Assembly (NCBI GenBank): GCA_965223325.1
Contig: CBDCWI010000002.1
Coordinates: 1,056,001-1,120,000 of the forward strand
DNA length: 64,000 nucleotides
Reading direction: 5' to 3'
Source: Candidatus Multivoradales bacterium
GTDB taxonomy: Bacteria > Acidobacteriota > Thermoanaerobaculia > Multivoradales > Multivoraceae
The notes beneath the pieces were generated by a model, which saw only the letters and a program-made list of their open reading frames with translations, was not told the origin of the DNA and searched no databases. Each line of letters opens with the position of its first letter. Positions within the stretch are counted from its first letter, which is position 1. This document shows positions 49,468-58,588 of the stretch, one piece after another. The position numbers and the translations under genes are program-made.

Positions 49468-51675
49468 TCAGTCGCCGATCGGCCTTCCACTCCACTCACC
49501 CGGCCGCCGGTCTGCGGACTGAAAGCGCCCGCTCATGAGGCTTCGTTCGGCGACGCCTTCGAGCACCAACTGCCCGACCGGTTCACCGAAGTCCATCACC
49601 AGCGAAACGCGAGGCGGTGAGCCGGCGGTGTAGCGACCGCTGACCTTTGTCTGGTAGTCGCGCAGGAAAAGAATGTCGTCTTCGAAAGAAATCGAGGCGC
49701 GTCCGAGAACCGCACCGCCACGATGCTCGAGGTCGAGTCGCAGCCGTACCTGAATGTCATCGCTGGGATAGAACACGTTGGCCAGCGAAATGTCCCAGGC
49801 ACCGGACAGGTCACCGAAATCCGAAGGCGGCGACATCAGGACTCCGCGCAGAATGGCAAGGTCGTCGGCGTCGAGCCGCTCGAGATCGGCCGGCTCGGGT
49901 CGCCCGTAGCCGCCATTCTCGCGATTGATCTCGATCAGTCGATGCAGCACCTGGTGGTAGCGCGGCGCGTCGGCCGAGAGCTCCGGCGGTCGCGCGCGCG
50001 CAAACGTATCGAGAAACCGGTTCCACACCGTGCTCTGCCAAAAGACGAAGAGATCGGCCGGCAACCGCGTGCCACCGGCGAGGAAGGTCGCTTCGAAGTC
50101 TGCCTCGTCGAGGCGCGCCAGGAGGCGACCTTCTTCGTAGCTCGGGCCGACCGCGCGCACTTCCCAGCCACCTTCGACACCGCGCTCCGCGAAGGGCTGC
50201 ACCTCGACCCGCAGCTCGGAATCGTCGGTGGCAAGGCGAAAGAGCTCGTCGAGTGCCTCGACCGATGCGCGCACCTCATCGGGCCAGTCAGCAGCCGAGG
50301 TCATCGGCTCATCCGGCGGCGGCGGCGGCCCGTCGACCCTCAGATAGAACGCCGAGCCGAGAGGCGACCGAATGTGCCAGGCATCGAGTCCTGGAACGTA
50401 GGCAGCCGAGAAGGCAACACTGACCGGCGCGACAATACGCGGCATGACCTCCAACCGCTCGCGCGCCACAATCTCGGTGCCTTCCGTTTCGATCGCCACC
50501 TCGACGTTGCGATTGCCCTCGCGCGTCACCATCGGCACGGTGGCCGTCACCCGACCCGAGCTTGCCAGGGCGACGCGACCGTAGTGCGATCCAAACCTCA
50601 CCCGAGTGCCGCGCACGCTGGTGGGGAGACCGTCGCCGATGATCGCCACTTGCTCGCCGACCCGCACGCGCTGCGGTTCGATGGCTCGGATTTCGGTGAT
50701 CGTGCCGTACTGCAGGGTGGTTTCAAAGAGCAAAAAGCCCGCTGACTCGATGCGTAGCGGCAGCGCCTCGTCACCGGCGTTCAGACCGCGTACCGCAGGC
50801 ACGTGGAACAAGAGTCGCCCCGAGAGCAGTTCGTACGACGGCACCGGCACTTCACCGATGGTGATCTCGAGTTCCTGGTCGGGATCGATACTGGCACTCT
50901 GCAACATCACCTCATGTCCCTCTGCAACACGCCCGGGGTTCACCGAGACAGCCTCCCAGAGGACAGGTCGATCGGTGAACGCACGCCACATCAAGAGCGC
51001 CGAAGTGACCACCAGAAGAGCCAGCCCGATGACGGCCGCCGGTGGCAGCGCCGGCTTGCGTTTCTCCTTCTTCCTCTTGGCTGCAGAACGAGAGCCGGCA
51101 GCGGACTCTCCAGCGTCGTCGTCGGCGAGCTCGGGTTTCGCCACGTGCCGAGACGGGTCGAAGGGCTCGGCGACCGAGGGCTGCTCCGCCTCCTCGGCGG
51201 GCGGCTGTGACGGCTCGACTTCGGCGAGGGTCGGCCGATTCTCCTCCGGTACGACCTCCTGCGGTTTGGTGGGTCGGTCCTGGTCGAGCAGGTCCATCTC
51301 GGCCAGGAGCTCGGCAGCCGGATCGCTGAACCAGAACAGGCTCGCCTCCTGGGGCTCGGTCTCGTCGGTTCCGAAGCCGATCAGCTGGCCGTGATGGAGG
51401 GCCGTGACTTCGGTGACGAAGACACCGTTGAGAAAGGTGCCGTTGGTCGAAGCGAGGTCTTCTAAGAACACCCGCCCCTCGCGCACGAACAACAGGGCGT
51501 GAGCCTTCGAAACGATCGGATCTTCAATGCACAGATCGTTCTCGGGGCTGCGTCCGATGGTCAGGACGCCGCAGTCCGGAACCTCGAAGCAGCGCTCGGT
51601 CTCTCCCGTTGGTCCGAGAAGACAAAGAGCCGCCCGCGGCGCGTTCACCGCGGCATCGCCCGGAGACCGACTCAC
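49468..51675 (-). CDS. FHA-TM-IPT/TIG membrane protein, last gene of the T3SS operon
   Basis: Canonical FHA (IGRS, VSKAH, STNGT); acidic linker; TM; Ig-like IPT repeats (IRAIEPQRVRVGEQVAIIGDGL); GTGA overlap with the upstream gene. Confidence 0.8.
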   Translation of the reverse strand: MSRSPGDAAVNAPRAALCLLGPTGETERCFEVPDCGVLTIGRSPENDLCIEDPIVSKAHALLFVREGRVFLEDLASTNGTFLNGVFVTEVTALHHGQLIGFGTDETEPQEASLFWFSDPAAELLAEMDLLDQDRPTKPQEVVPEENRPTLAEVEPSQPPAEEAEQPSVAEPFDPSRHVAKPELADDDAGESAAGSRSAAKRKKEKRKPALPPAAVIGLALLVVTSALLMWRAFTDRPVLWEAVSVNPGRVAEGHEVMLQSASIDPDQELEITIGEVPVPSYELLSGRLLFHVPAVRGLNAGDEALPLRIESAGFLLFETTLQYGTITEIRAIEPQRVRVGEQVAIIGDGLPTSVRGTRVRFGSHYGRVALASSGRVTATVPMVTREGNRNVEVAIETEGTEIVARERLEVMPRIVAPVSVAFSAAYVPGLDAWHIRSPLGSAFYLRVDGPPPPPDEPMTSAADWPDEVRASVEALDELFRLATDDSELRVEVQPFAERGVEGGWEVRAVGPSYEEGRLLARLDEADFEATFLAGGTRLPADLFVFWQSTVWNRFLDTFARARPPELSADAPRYHQVLHRLIEINRENGGYGRPEPADLERLDADDLAILRGVLMSPPSDFGDLSGAWDISLANVFYPSDDIQVRLRLDLEHRGGAVLGRASISFEDDILFLRDYQTKVSGRYTAGSPPRVSLVMDFGEPVGQLVLEGVAERSLMSGRFQSADRRPGEWSGRPIGD

Positions 51676-52874
51676 AGCGCCATCTCCATCAGCATGGCCA
51701 GGAGAATCGCAGCCGACATCGAAAGCGCCACCAGGCCGACGGTCTTGAGAAGCAGGCCCCACGGAATCGCCCAGAACCAACGTTCGGCTTGCGGAACCGG
51801 CGCTTCCTCCCAGGCAGCCGGCTCGGGCGGCACGACGGAAGCAGCCGGGCGGCCCATGATGCGCTGCTCGAATCCCGCCCGGCCCGTACCAGCCGGTCCC
51901 GAAGACGGTTCGGGGTCCGCCTCAGAGCGAATCTGCCAAGCGGGCGGCGCACCGCCGCGCGGCGCTCTTGGTGCGTCTTTCCAGGGCGTGCTCTCCCTGC
52001 CGCGCGGGTCGGCGCTCGCCTGTCCTGGGTCAAGAGAGAGTCCGGAAGCGGGGTCACCGAAGGGCGCCAGCTGGGGCTCATCGTGGTCCTGGGGGTCATC
52101 GGGCACCGAAGGCAGAAGCGGCCGGCGCGGCACCCTGAGGGTGACATCGATTCTGCTGTGCTCAGAACGCTCCACCCGCGCTTCGACCGCCGCAACACCG
52201 GGCCCACCGGGACGCACCAGAGTGTCGGCCTGGCCGAACGCCTGCGACTCCAAAGCTCCGGACTCGCCGCTAGCGCCCCGCGTCACAACTCGTGTCTGTT
52301 CGAGTGACACCTGCACCTCGGCGTCACTATCGACACCGGTCAAACGATCGAGGAGGTTGGCAAACGCAGGAACGGGCTCCCCCTCCGGCGCCGCCTCGGT
52401 GCCACCGACCGAAAGCACTTCGGGGACTCGAATCTCGATATCGGGCGGCGCCACGGCTGCAGGTGGTACCGGGGCGACTTCGCCGACTGGAAGAGCAGGA
52501 GACGCAACATCGTCGAAATCGAACTCCCCGCTCGCGGAATCAGCGACCCACACGGCGGTCTCAGAGAGCGGCGCGTCGGACGGCTGGACGACCACCCGGA
52601 AGCCACCCACGATGACCGGCTCCCCGAAGGCCAGCGGCACCGCCGATTCACGCAGAAGTGGTGCACCCTGGTACTCGGAGCCGGTACTCGAGCCGACATC
52701 TTCGACCAGTACCCCCGAGCCGCTGCGACGCAACAACAGATGGCGCCATGAGAAAGCCTGAGAGCGCACCCGAACGTCACTGTTCGGTGCCCTGCCCACG
52801 GTCGCAACGCCGCCGGTAAACGGAAACGCCAGGAGGCGTCCGTCCGGGGCATGAATCTCGATACGCATTCTCAT
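51672..52874 (-). CDS. FHA-domain protein with Pro/acidic linker and C-terminal TM anchor
   Basis: VGRAPNSD, SWRH, VEDVGS; C-terminal LLLKTVGLVALSMSAAILLAML. Confidence 0.8.
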   Translation of the reverse strand: MRMRIEIHAPDGRLLAFPFTGGVATVGRAPNSDVRVRSQAFSWRHLLLRRSGSGVLVEDVGSSTGSEYQGAPLLRESAVPLAFGEPVIVGGFRVVVQPSDAPLSETAVWVADSASGEFDFDDVASPALPVGEVAPVPPAAVAPPDIEIRVPEVLSVGGTEAAPEGEPVPAFANLLDRLTGVDSDAEVQVSLEQTRVVTRGASGESGALESQAFGQADTLVRPGGPGVAAVEARVERSEHSRIDVTLRVPRRPLLPSVPDDPQDHDEPQLAPFGDPASGLSLDPGQASADPRGRESTPWKDAPRAPRGGAPPAWQIRSEADPEPSSGPAGTGRAGFEQRIMGRPAASVVPPEPAAWEEAPVPQAERWFWAIPWGLLLKTVGLVALSMSAAILLAMLMEMAL

Positions 52875-52880
52875 CTCGCT

Positions 52881-55079
52881 CTAGGCCCCGGCCGGATCTC
52901 CGGCGCCGACCAGGCCACTCGCCATCTGCACGCGACCGACGGGTTGGATCTGGAGATCGGATGGAAGTTCCTGAAAGGACAGCACCGTGAGATTGCGGAA
53001 CTGATGACGGAGGAGCTTGCCGAGGAAGTAGCGCACTTCCATCTGGGTGAGCACCACCGCGTCTCCATTGACGCCGCTGAGGGCGGCACGGAATCCATTG
53101 ATCACCGCCTGGCTGGTGGACGGATCGAGCTCCAGTGAACTACCCGAGGCGGACTGCCTGATGCCAGCTTCCAGAGCCTGCTCGATCTCGGGATCGAGCA
53201 CCCAGGCCGAAAGCAGCGGCCGGCCTTCGGTGACTTTGTAGGCGATGTAGTTCTTGAGTCCCATGCGCACATACTCGGTGAGGTACACCGGATCGTTCTC
53301 GAACGGTGCCCACTGGGCAAGAGCCTCGAGGATCAAACGCATATTGCGGATCGAAATGTCCTCGTGCAGGAGGCGCTTGAGCACGTCGGTCAGGCGCTGC
53401 ACTGACACCAGCTTCGGCACCACCGCGCTGACCAGCGTCTCGAAGCCCTGCTGTTCGAGCAGATCGAGAATGTTCTGGGTGTCCTGAATACCGATCAACT
53501 GATCGACGTTGCGACGCAGGACGTTGGCCAGATGAATCGCCATGTACTCGTCTGGCTGCATCAGCTGGATGCCCACAGCGCCGGCACGCTCGGCATCGGT
53601 GGCTGGAATCCACAGCCCTTCTTGTTCGAGCGACGGGTGGTCACCCGGGATGCCGCGGATTCCGAGCTGCGCAAGGTAGCCGCCGTCGGCGTTGGCGTAG
53701 ACGTGGCCGGGATAAGCCTCGCCGGTCGCCGCCGGCACTTCGTTGACGTGGATGGTGTAGCTGTTCTCGTCGAGGTAGGCCGCATCGCCTCGCACCTTGA
53801 CTCCTGGGAAGTGCACCCCCAGATCCTGGAACATCCAGTCACGCATCTCCGGAATCAGCTGCTGGACGAAGCGCGGATCACGGTTGGCATCGACCAGCTG
53901 AGTGACCTGGGGCGAAGCCTCGAGAATGACCGGTTGGGAGACCGGTAGGCGGGCGCGATCGGAGTCTCCGCCATTGCCGCCACCAGCTGGAAGCGCTCCG
54001 CCGCCACCATCGACAATTCTCGCCTGCAGCGGGTCGGCCTCCTGCTGTTGCTTGCTGCGATGAAGGCTCCACACCAGACCCCAGCCACCTGCAGCGAGCG
54101 CCAAGAACGGAACCGTGGGCAAGCCGGGAATCAGACCGAGGAAGAGAAGCGTCGTCGCGGCGATACCGATGGCGCGTGGCTGCGCCAGAATCTGCTCACC
54201 GATCTCCTGCCCGAGAGGCTGACCGGCGTCTTCGTCGCCCCCGGTGGCAACGCGGGTGGTGATGATGCCGGCAGTGGTCGCGATCACCAGCGACGGGATC
54301 TGCGAGACCAGACCGTCACCGACAGTCAAGAGGATGTACTTGCTGGCCGCGGCGCTGAACTCGAGGCCTTTACTCACCACTCCGATCGACACACCGGCTG
54401 CGATGTTGACAAGGGACACCACGATGCCGACGATCGCGTCACCTTTGACGAACTTCATCGCCCCGTCCATGGCGCCATAGAACTGCGACTCGCGCCCGAG
54501 GTACTCACGCCGCGCCTTGGCCTCGTGCACATCGATGAGCCCGGCCCGCAAGTCCGCGTCGATGCTCATCTGCTTGCCCGGCAAGGCGTCGAGGGTGAAG
54601 CGGGCCGCGACCTCCGAGACACGCTCGGCACCTTTGGCAATGACGATGAACTGCACCAGGGTAATCACCAGGAAGATCACGAAGCCGACCCCGAACTGCC
54701 CCTGGACGACGAACTTGCCAAACGACTCAATGACCTCGCCGGCATAGCCGTTGAGCAGGATCAGGCGGGTCGATGAAACATTGAGCGCCAACCGGAAGAC
54801 CGTGGCGATCAGCAGAATGCTCGGAAACGAGGCCAGCGAGAGCGCTCGCGGCACATAAAGCGAAACCATCAGGAGCGTCACCGCCAGGGTCATGTTGGCG
54901 GCCAGGAACAAGTCCAGGATGAACGTCGGCATGGGCACGAAGATCACCGCGATCATCGTGATCACCAGCGCCGCCAACGCCAGATCCGAGTAGCGGCGCA
55001 GCAACTGACTCAGGTTGCCGCCCAGAAGGCCTGAGAGAAGGTCGCGCGCCTGGTCCTGTTTGTTTCTGTTCTCGCTCAT
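52881..55079 (-). CDS. sctV: T3SS export gate SctV (LcrD/FlhA family)
   Basis: FRLALNVSSTRLIL, KGAERVSEVAARFTLDALPGKQMSIDADL, GAMDGAMKFVKGDA, GDGLVSQIP. Confidence 0.95.
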   Translation of the reverse strand: MSENRNKQDQARDLLSGLLGGNLSQLLRRYSDLALAALVITMIAVIFVPMPTFILDLFLAANMTLAVTLLMVSLYVPRALSLASFPSILLIATVFRLALNVSSTRLILLNGYAGEVIESFGKFVVQGQFGVGFVIFLVITLVQFIVIAKGAERVSEVAARFTLDALPGKQMSIDADLRAGLIDVHEAKARREYLGRESQFYGAMDGAMKFVKGDAIVGIVVSLVNIAAGVSIGVVSKGLEFSAAASKYILLTVGDGLVSQIPSLVIATTAGIITTRVATGGDEDAGQPLGQEIGEQILAQPRAIGIAATTLLFLGLIPGLPTVPFLALAAGGWGLVWSLHRSKQQQEADPLQARIVDGGGGALPAGGGNGGDSDRARLPVSQPVILEASPQVTQLVDANRDPRFVQQLIPEMRDWMFQDLGVHFPGVKVRGDAAYLDENSYTIHVNEVPAATGEAYPGHVYANADGGYLAQLGIRGIPGDHPSLEQEGLWIPATDAERAGAVGIQLMQPDEYMAIHLANVLRRNVDQLIGIQDTQNILDLLEQQGFETLVSAVVPKLVSVQRLTDVLKRLLHEDISIRNMRLILEALAQWAPFENDPVYLTEYVRMGLKNYIAYKVTEGRPLLSAWVLDPEIEQALEAGIRQSASGSSLELDPSTSQAVINGFRAALSGVNGDAVVLTQMEVRYFLGKLLRHQFRNLTVLSFQELPSDLQIQPVGRVQMASGLVGAGDPAGA

Positions 55080-55098
55080 GATCTTCTCGGGCCCCGTC

Positions 55099-56169
55099 TC
55101 AGCGGGCCGCCTCGAACTCGTCGCCGCCTTCGCGGCGGATCTTCCAGGCGAAGAGCAGAACCTGCGCCACCGCATCGAACAGCTCCGAGGGCACGAAGCG
55201 ATCGACGCGCACGTCGTAGAGCGCGTGCGCGAGCGGCACGTCGCGAAGGATCGGAACATTGCGGCGACGCGCCATGCGGATGATCATCTTGGCCTTCTTG
55301 TCGAGGCCCTTTGCGGTGACCTTCGGCGCCGCCATGTCTTTGTCGTTGTAGCGCAGGACAATCGCGTAGTGGGTGGGGTTGACCACCACTGCGTCGGCCT
55401 GGCGAACGGCGGTCTTGACGTCTTCGCTGAGAATCTCCTGATGAATCTGGCGGCGTTTGCCTTTGATCTGAGGATCGCCTTCTGAATCCTTGAACTCGCG
55501 CTTGATCTCGTCCTTGGTCATCATCAGGTCCTTCCTCCACTTCCAACGTTGGAACGCGAAGTCGAGAAGACCAATGGCCGCAAACACCGCCGCCACCGTC
55601 AGCAGGAACCGTCTGGCAATCGAGCCGGTGTGAAACGCGACACCCGCTGCGTCGACGTAGCCGAGTTGTAGAAGGACGCCCCGCGAACCCCAGATCGTCA
55701 CCCCTGCGATCAAGAACAGGAGCGTCAACTTGGCGAAGGTCTTCGCCAGTTCGAAGAGCCCTCGGGTAGAGAAGATGTTCTTCGCCTGCTTGAGCGGATC
55801 GAGTTTCTCGAGCTTGGGCTTCAGCTTCTCGGTCGAAACCACCGGACCGACCTGGATCCAGGCCGCGAGCGCTCCCAGAAGCGCCAGGGGTACGACGATC
55901 GGTAGGAGGAGTAGAAACGCCGTCCAGATCGCCTCGCGGAGCACCGCCGGCATGAGCATTGGGTCGAGCGCTTCGGCTTCGACCCTCGATACCGCGTCGC
56001 CATAGATCTCGGTGAACGACCGCTGGATGGCGCGCATCGAGACCGAGATCACCAACAGGCCACCGAGAAAGGTGGCCACCGAGTTCGCGTCTTTGCTGAA
56101 CGGCACATTGCCCTTCTTGCGCGCGTCGCGGAGCTTCTTGGGGGTGGGCTGTTCGGTCTTGTTCGACAT
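55099..56169 (-). CDS. sctU: T3SS substrate switch SctU
   Basis: KTEQPTPKKLRDARKKG, KDSEGDP, autocleavage motif NPTH. Confidence 0.95.
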   Translation of the reverse strand: MSNKTEQPTPKKLRDARKKGNVPFSKDANSVATFLGGLLVISVSMRAIQRSFTEIYGDAVSRVEAEALDPMLMPAVLREAIWTAFLLLLPIVVPLALLGALAAWIQVGPVVSTEKLKPKLEKLDPLKQAKNIFSTRGLFELAKTFAKLTLLFLIAGVTIWGSRGVLLQLGYVDAAGVAFHTGSIARRFLLTVAAVFAAIGLLDFAFQRWKWRKDLMMTKDEIKREFKDSEGDPQIKGKRRQIHQEILSEDVKTAVRQADAVVVNPTHYAIVLRYNDKDMAAPKVTAKGLDKKAKMIIRMARRRNVPILRDVPLAHALYDVRVDRFVPSELFDAVAQVLLFAWKIRREGGDEFEAAR

Positions 56170-56310
56170 GGTGCTGGTGCCGTGGTCCTTCGCCCCGCTC
56201 TACATAGAAGGGAGTCCGGAAAAAGCCAGGGTGTCCCTCACTTCTTCCCGGTTCCCGAGGATTCGTTACCGGCTGCGGAGAAAGAACCCAGAACTCCTTG
56301 AAATAGGGCC

Positions 56311-57258
56311 CTAGAGCGATGGCGGCTCCCCTGGGAGAGGGACATTCTGGGGCGCCGTCCCTGGTTCCTGGCGCCCTTCTCCTGGGTCCTCGCCCGGTGC
56401 GACCTCTGCGGCAACCGGATCGGGAGGCGTCCAGACTTCGACCGGAATCGCGCGGTGGAACTGCCCGCGGTACTCGAGCACCATCGAGCCGAAGATGTCC
56501 TGGACCCAGTAGAGCGAGAGACCGACCATCAGCGCCGCCAGGGTCGACTTGAGCGACAGGCTGATGAAGAACACGTCGAGCTGCGGTGCCATCCGGTTGG
56601 CGACTCCGAGCATCAAGTCGAGCAGGATGATCACCACCAGGGCTGGCGCGATGATGCGCAGCATCATGCTGAACAGTGATCCCACACCTTCCGCGAAACC
56701 AACGCCGATTGGCCCGGCGGCCCACGCGAAGTCGAGCGGCGGAAAAACGCGGTAGGAGTCGAAGACCGCGCCAAGAAACCAGAGGTGGCCGCCGCTGACC
56801 AGAAAGAGCACCACGAAGAGCTGGAAGTAGAAGCCTCCGAGGAGTGAACTCTGAACCTGCACCTGCGGCAGCAGGAGGTTCGCGGTCGTGGTGCCACGCA
56901 CATTGTCGAGAAACCGGCCGCCCATCTCGGCAGCCCAGAAGACCAGACTGGCGCCGAAGGCGAGCGTGAAGCCGATCACCACTTCCTTGATCAAGAGCGC
57001 CCACCATGTAACTTCTGAGATGCGCAAGGGAACCGGCGCCACCGCGCTCATGCCCGGCAACAGCCACAACGCCGTCGACACGGCCAGGGCCAGCTTGATC
57101 GGGTTGGGAACCAGCTTGCCACCCAGGAAAGGCGTGAGCGCAAACACCGGCGCCCAGCGCGCCATACCGAGCAGAAAGAGTTGCAGCGCACCGACCGGAT
57201 CGTGGCGAATGCCAAGCTCCCCGAAGACGGCGAGGAAGAACTCGTCGAGAGGGCCCAC
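56311..57258 (-). CDS. sctT: T3SS export apparatus SctT
   Basis: PFLG, KEVVIG, AEMGGRFLDNVRG, NRMAPQLDVFF.SLSLK. Confidence 0.92.
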   Translation of the reverse strand: MGPLDEFFLAVFGELGIRHDPVGALQLFLLGMARWAPVFALTPFLGGKLVPNPIKLALAVSTALWLLPGMSAVAPVPLRISEVTWWALLIKEVVIGFTLAFGASLVFWAAEMGGRFLDNVRGTTTANLLLPQVQVQSSLLGGFYFQLFVVLFLVSGGHLWFLGAVFDSYRVFPPLDFAWAAGPIGVGFAEGVGSLFSMMLRIIAPALVVIILLDLMLGVANRMAPQLDVFFISLSLKSTLAALMVGLSLYWVQDIFGSMVLEYRGQFHRAIPVEVWTPPDPVAAEVAPGEDPGEGRQEPGTAPQNVPLPGEPPSL

Positions 57259-57534
57259 TCATGTGCCTCCGGCCACGATCTGGGGAAACGACTCGAAGAT
57301 GGTGATCGCGAAGCGCAGCACCAGACCCGCCATCCAATAGCCGAGCAACATCACGATGCCGAAGATGGCAACGATGCGGCCGACCATCGAGAGGGTCTGC
57401 TCCTGCACCTGGGTCAAGGCTTGGAAAAGCGCCACCGACAAGCCAACGAACATCGCGCCCAGGACCGGCGGACCCGAAATCAAGACCACCAACATGATCG
57501 CCTGTTGGGCGAAGCGCAGGTACTCCTGACCCAT
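57259..57534 (-). CDS. sctS: T3SS export apparatus SctS
   Basis: VGLSVALFQALTQVQEQTL; 91 aa. Confidence 0.93.
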   Translation of the reverse strand: MGQEYLRFAQQAIMLVVLISGPPVLGAMFVGLSVALFQALTQVQEQTLSMVGRIVAIFGIVMLLGYWMAGLVLRFAITIFESFPQIVAGGT

Positions 57535-58238
57535 CAGAGGTATCCCTGCAGGAGCCCGCGAGTCAGCACCGTCCAGCCGTCGGTCATGATGAACAGGAGC
57601 AGCTTGAAGGGCAGTGAAACCACCACCGGCGAAAGCATGTGCATGCCCATCGCGAGCAGAATGTTCGAGATCACCATGTCGATGACCAGAAATGGCAGGA
57701 ACAGCAGAAAGCCGATCGCAAAGGCCTCGGTGAGCTCGCTGATCGCAAACGCCGGAATCAAGACGACGAGATTGTCGCGCTCCATCCCCGTGCGCCATGA
57801 CTCCGGTCCCATGCGCCGCGCCCACTCGAGAAAGAACTCGACTTCGTGCTCGTGCGCGTGGCGCGCCAGAAACGTGCGAATCGGCGGCTTGCTCTTCTCG
57901 AAGGTCTCGAGCAGAAGCGCCGCACCCTGCCCGGAGAGCGCCTCCGCGCTCACGTCGCCGGCGAGCTCGGGTTCGAGCTGCTCGTAGATCTCAGCTCCCA
58001 CGGGTGACATCACATACACCGAAAGCAGAACCGCCAGGCCCAGGATCACCGGGTTCGGCGGGATCTGCTGGGTGCCGAGAGCGTTGCGGAGAATCGAGAA
58101 GACCACCGAGAACTTGAGAAACGAGGTGGTCATCATCAAGAGGAACGGCAGCAACGAGAGCAGCCCAAGCAGGATCACCGAGTTGATCGGGTTGGCGCCG
58201 ATCTGACTCGCCTGCGCGACCGTGGTGAGAACGCTCAT
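57534..58238 (-). CDS. sctR: T3SS export apparatus SctR
   Basis: TSFLKFSVVFSILRNALGTQQIPPN (YscR-type), PAFAISEL, SLPFKLLLF..DGW. Confidence 0.95.
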   Translation of the reverse strand: MSVLTTVAQASQIGANPINSVILLGLLSLLPFLLMMTTSFLKFSVVFSILRNALGTQQIPPNPVILGLAVLLSVYVMSPVGAEIYEQLEPELAGDVSAEALSGQGAALLLETFEKSKPPIRTFLARHAHEHEVEFFLEWARRMGPESWRTGMERDNLVVLIPAFAISELTEAFAIGFLLFLPFLVIDMVISNILLAMGMHMLSPVVVSLPFKLLLFIMTDGWTVLTRGLLQGYL

Positions 58239-58588
58239 CAGGTCTCGCCCCCACCGGCAGCAGGCGGCTCTTCGAGCCGGCCCCTGAGCTGACGGTTCGC
58301 TTCGTCGGCGTCGTCCGCCAGCCACCCGTCGACCCGCTCGATTCCGCTCGGGCTGGTGCCGATGAGCCAGCGACGGCCCTCGTAGGCGACCACCAACAGC
58401 CGGTTGCGACTGTCGAGAACCTTCATGTCGAGAATCTCGATACCAACCCCGCCGCCAGCCAGACGACGGCGCTCAAGCGCCGGCAGCACCTTGCGCGCGA
58501 CGGCAGCCAGCACCAGGATGAGCGCCACGACGACCACCAGTGACGCCAGCATGCGAAAGCCATAGACCGCCAGTTCACCTTCAGCCAT
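58238..58588 (-). CDS. fliO: FliO-like export chaperone
   Basis: One TM (LASLVVVVALILVLA) then IEILD...LLVV.YEGRRWLIG; sits between SctQ and SctR, as in fliNOP. Confidence 0.75.
   Translation of the reverse strand: MAEGELAVYGFRMLASLVVVVALILVLAAVARKVLPALERRRLAGGGVGIEILDMKVLDSRNRLLVVAYEGRRWLIGTSPSGIERVDGWLADDADEANRQLRGRLEEPPAAGGGET

Noticed and set aside
55076-57337. 753-aa ORF and other long Arg/Pro-rich overlapping ORFs
   Set aside because: Alternate-frame shadows expected at high GC, overlapping well-supported genes.
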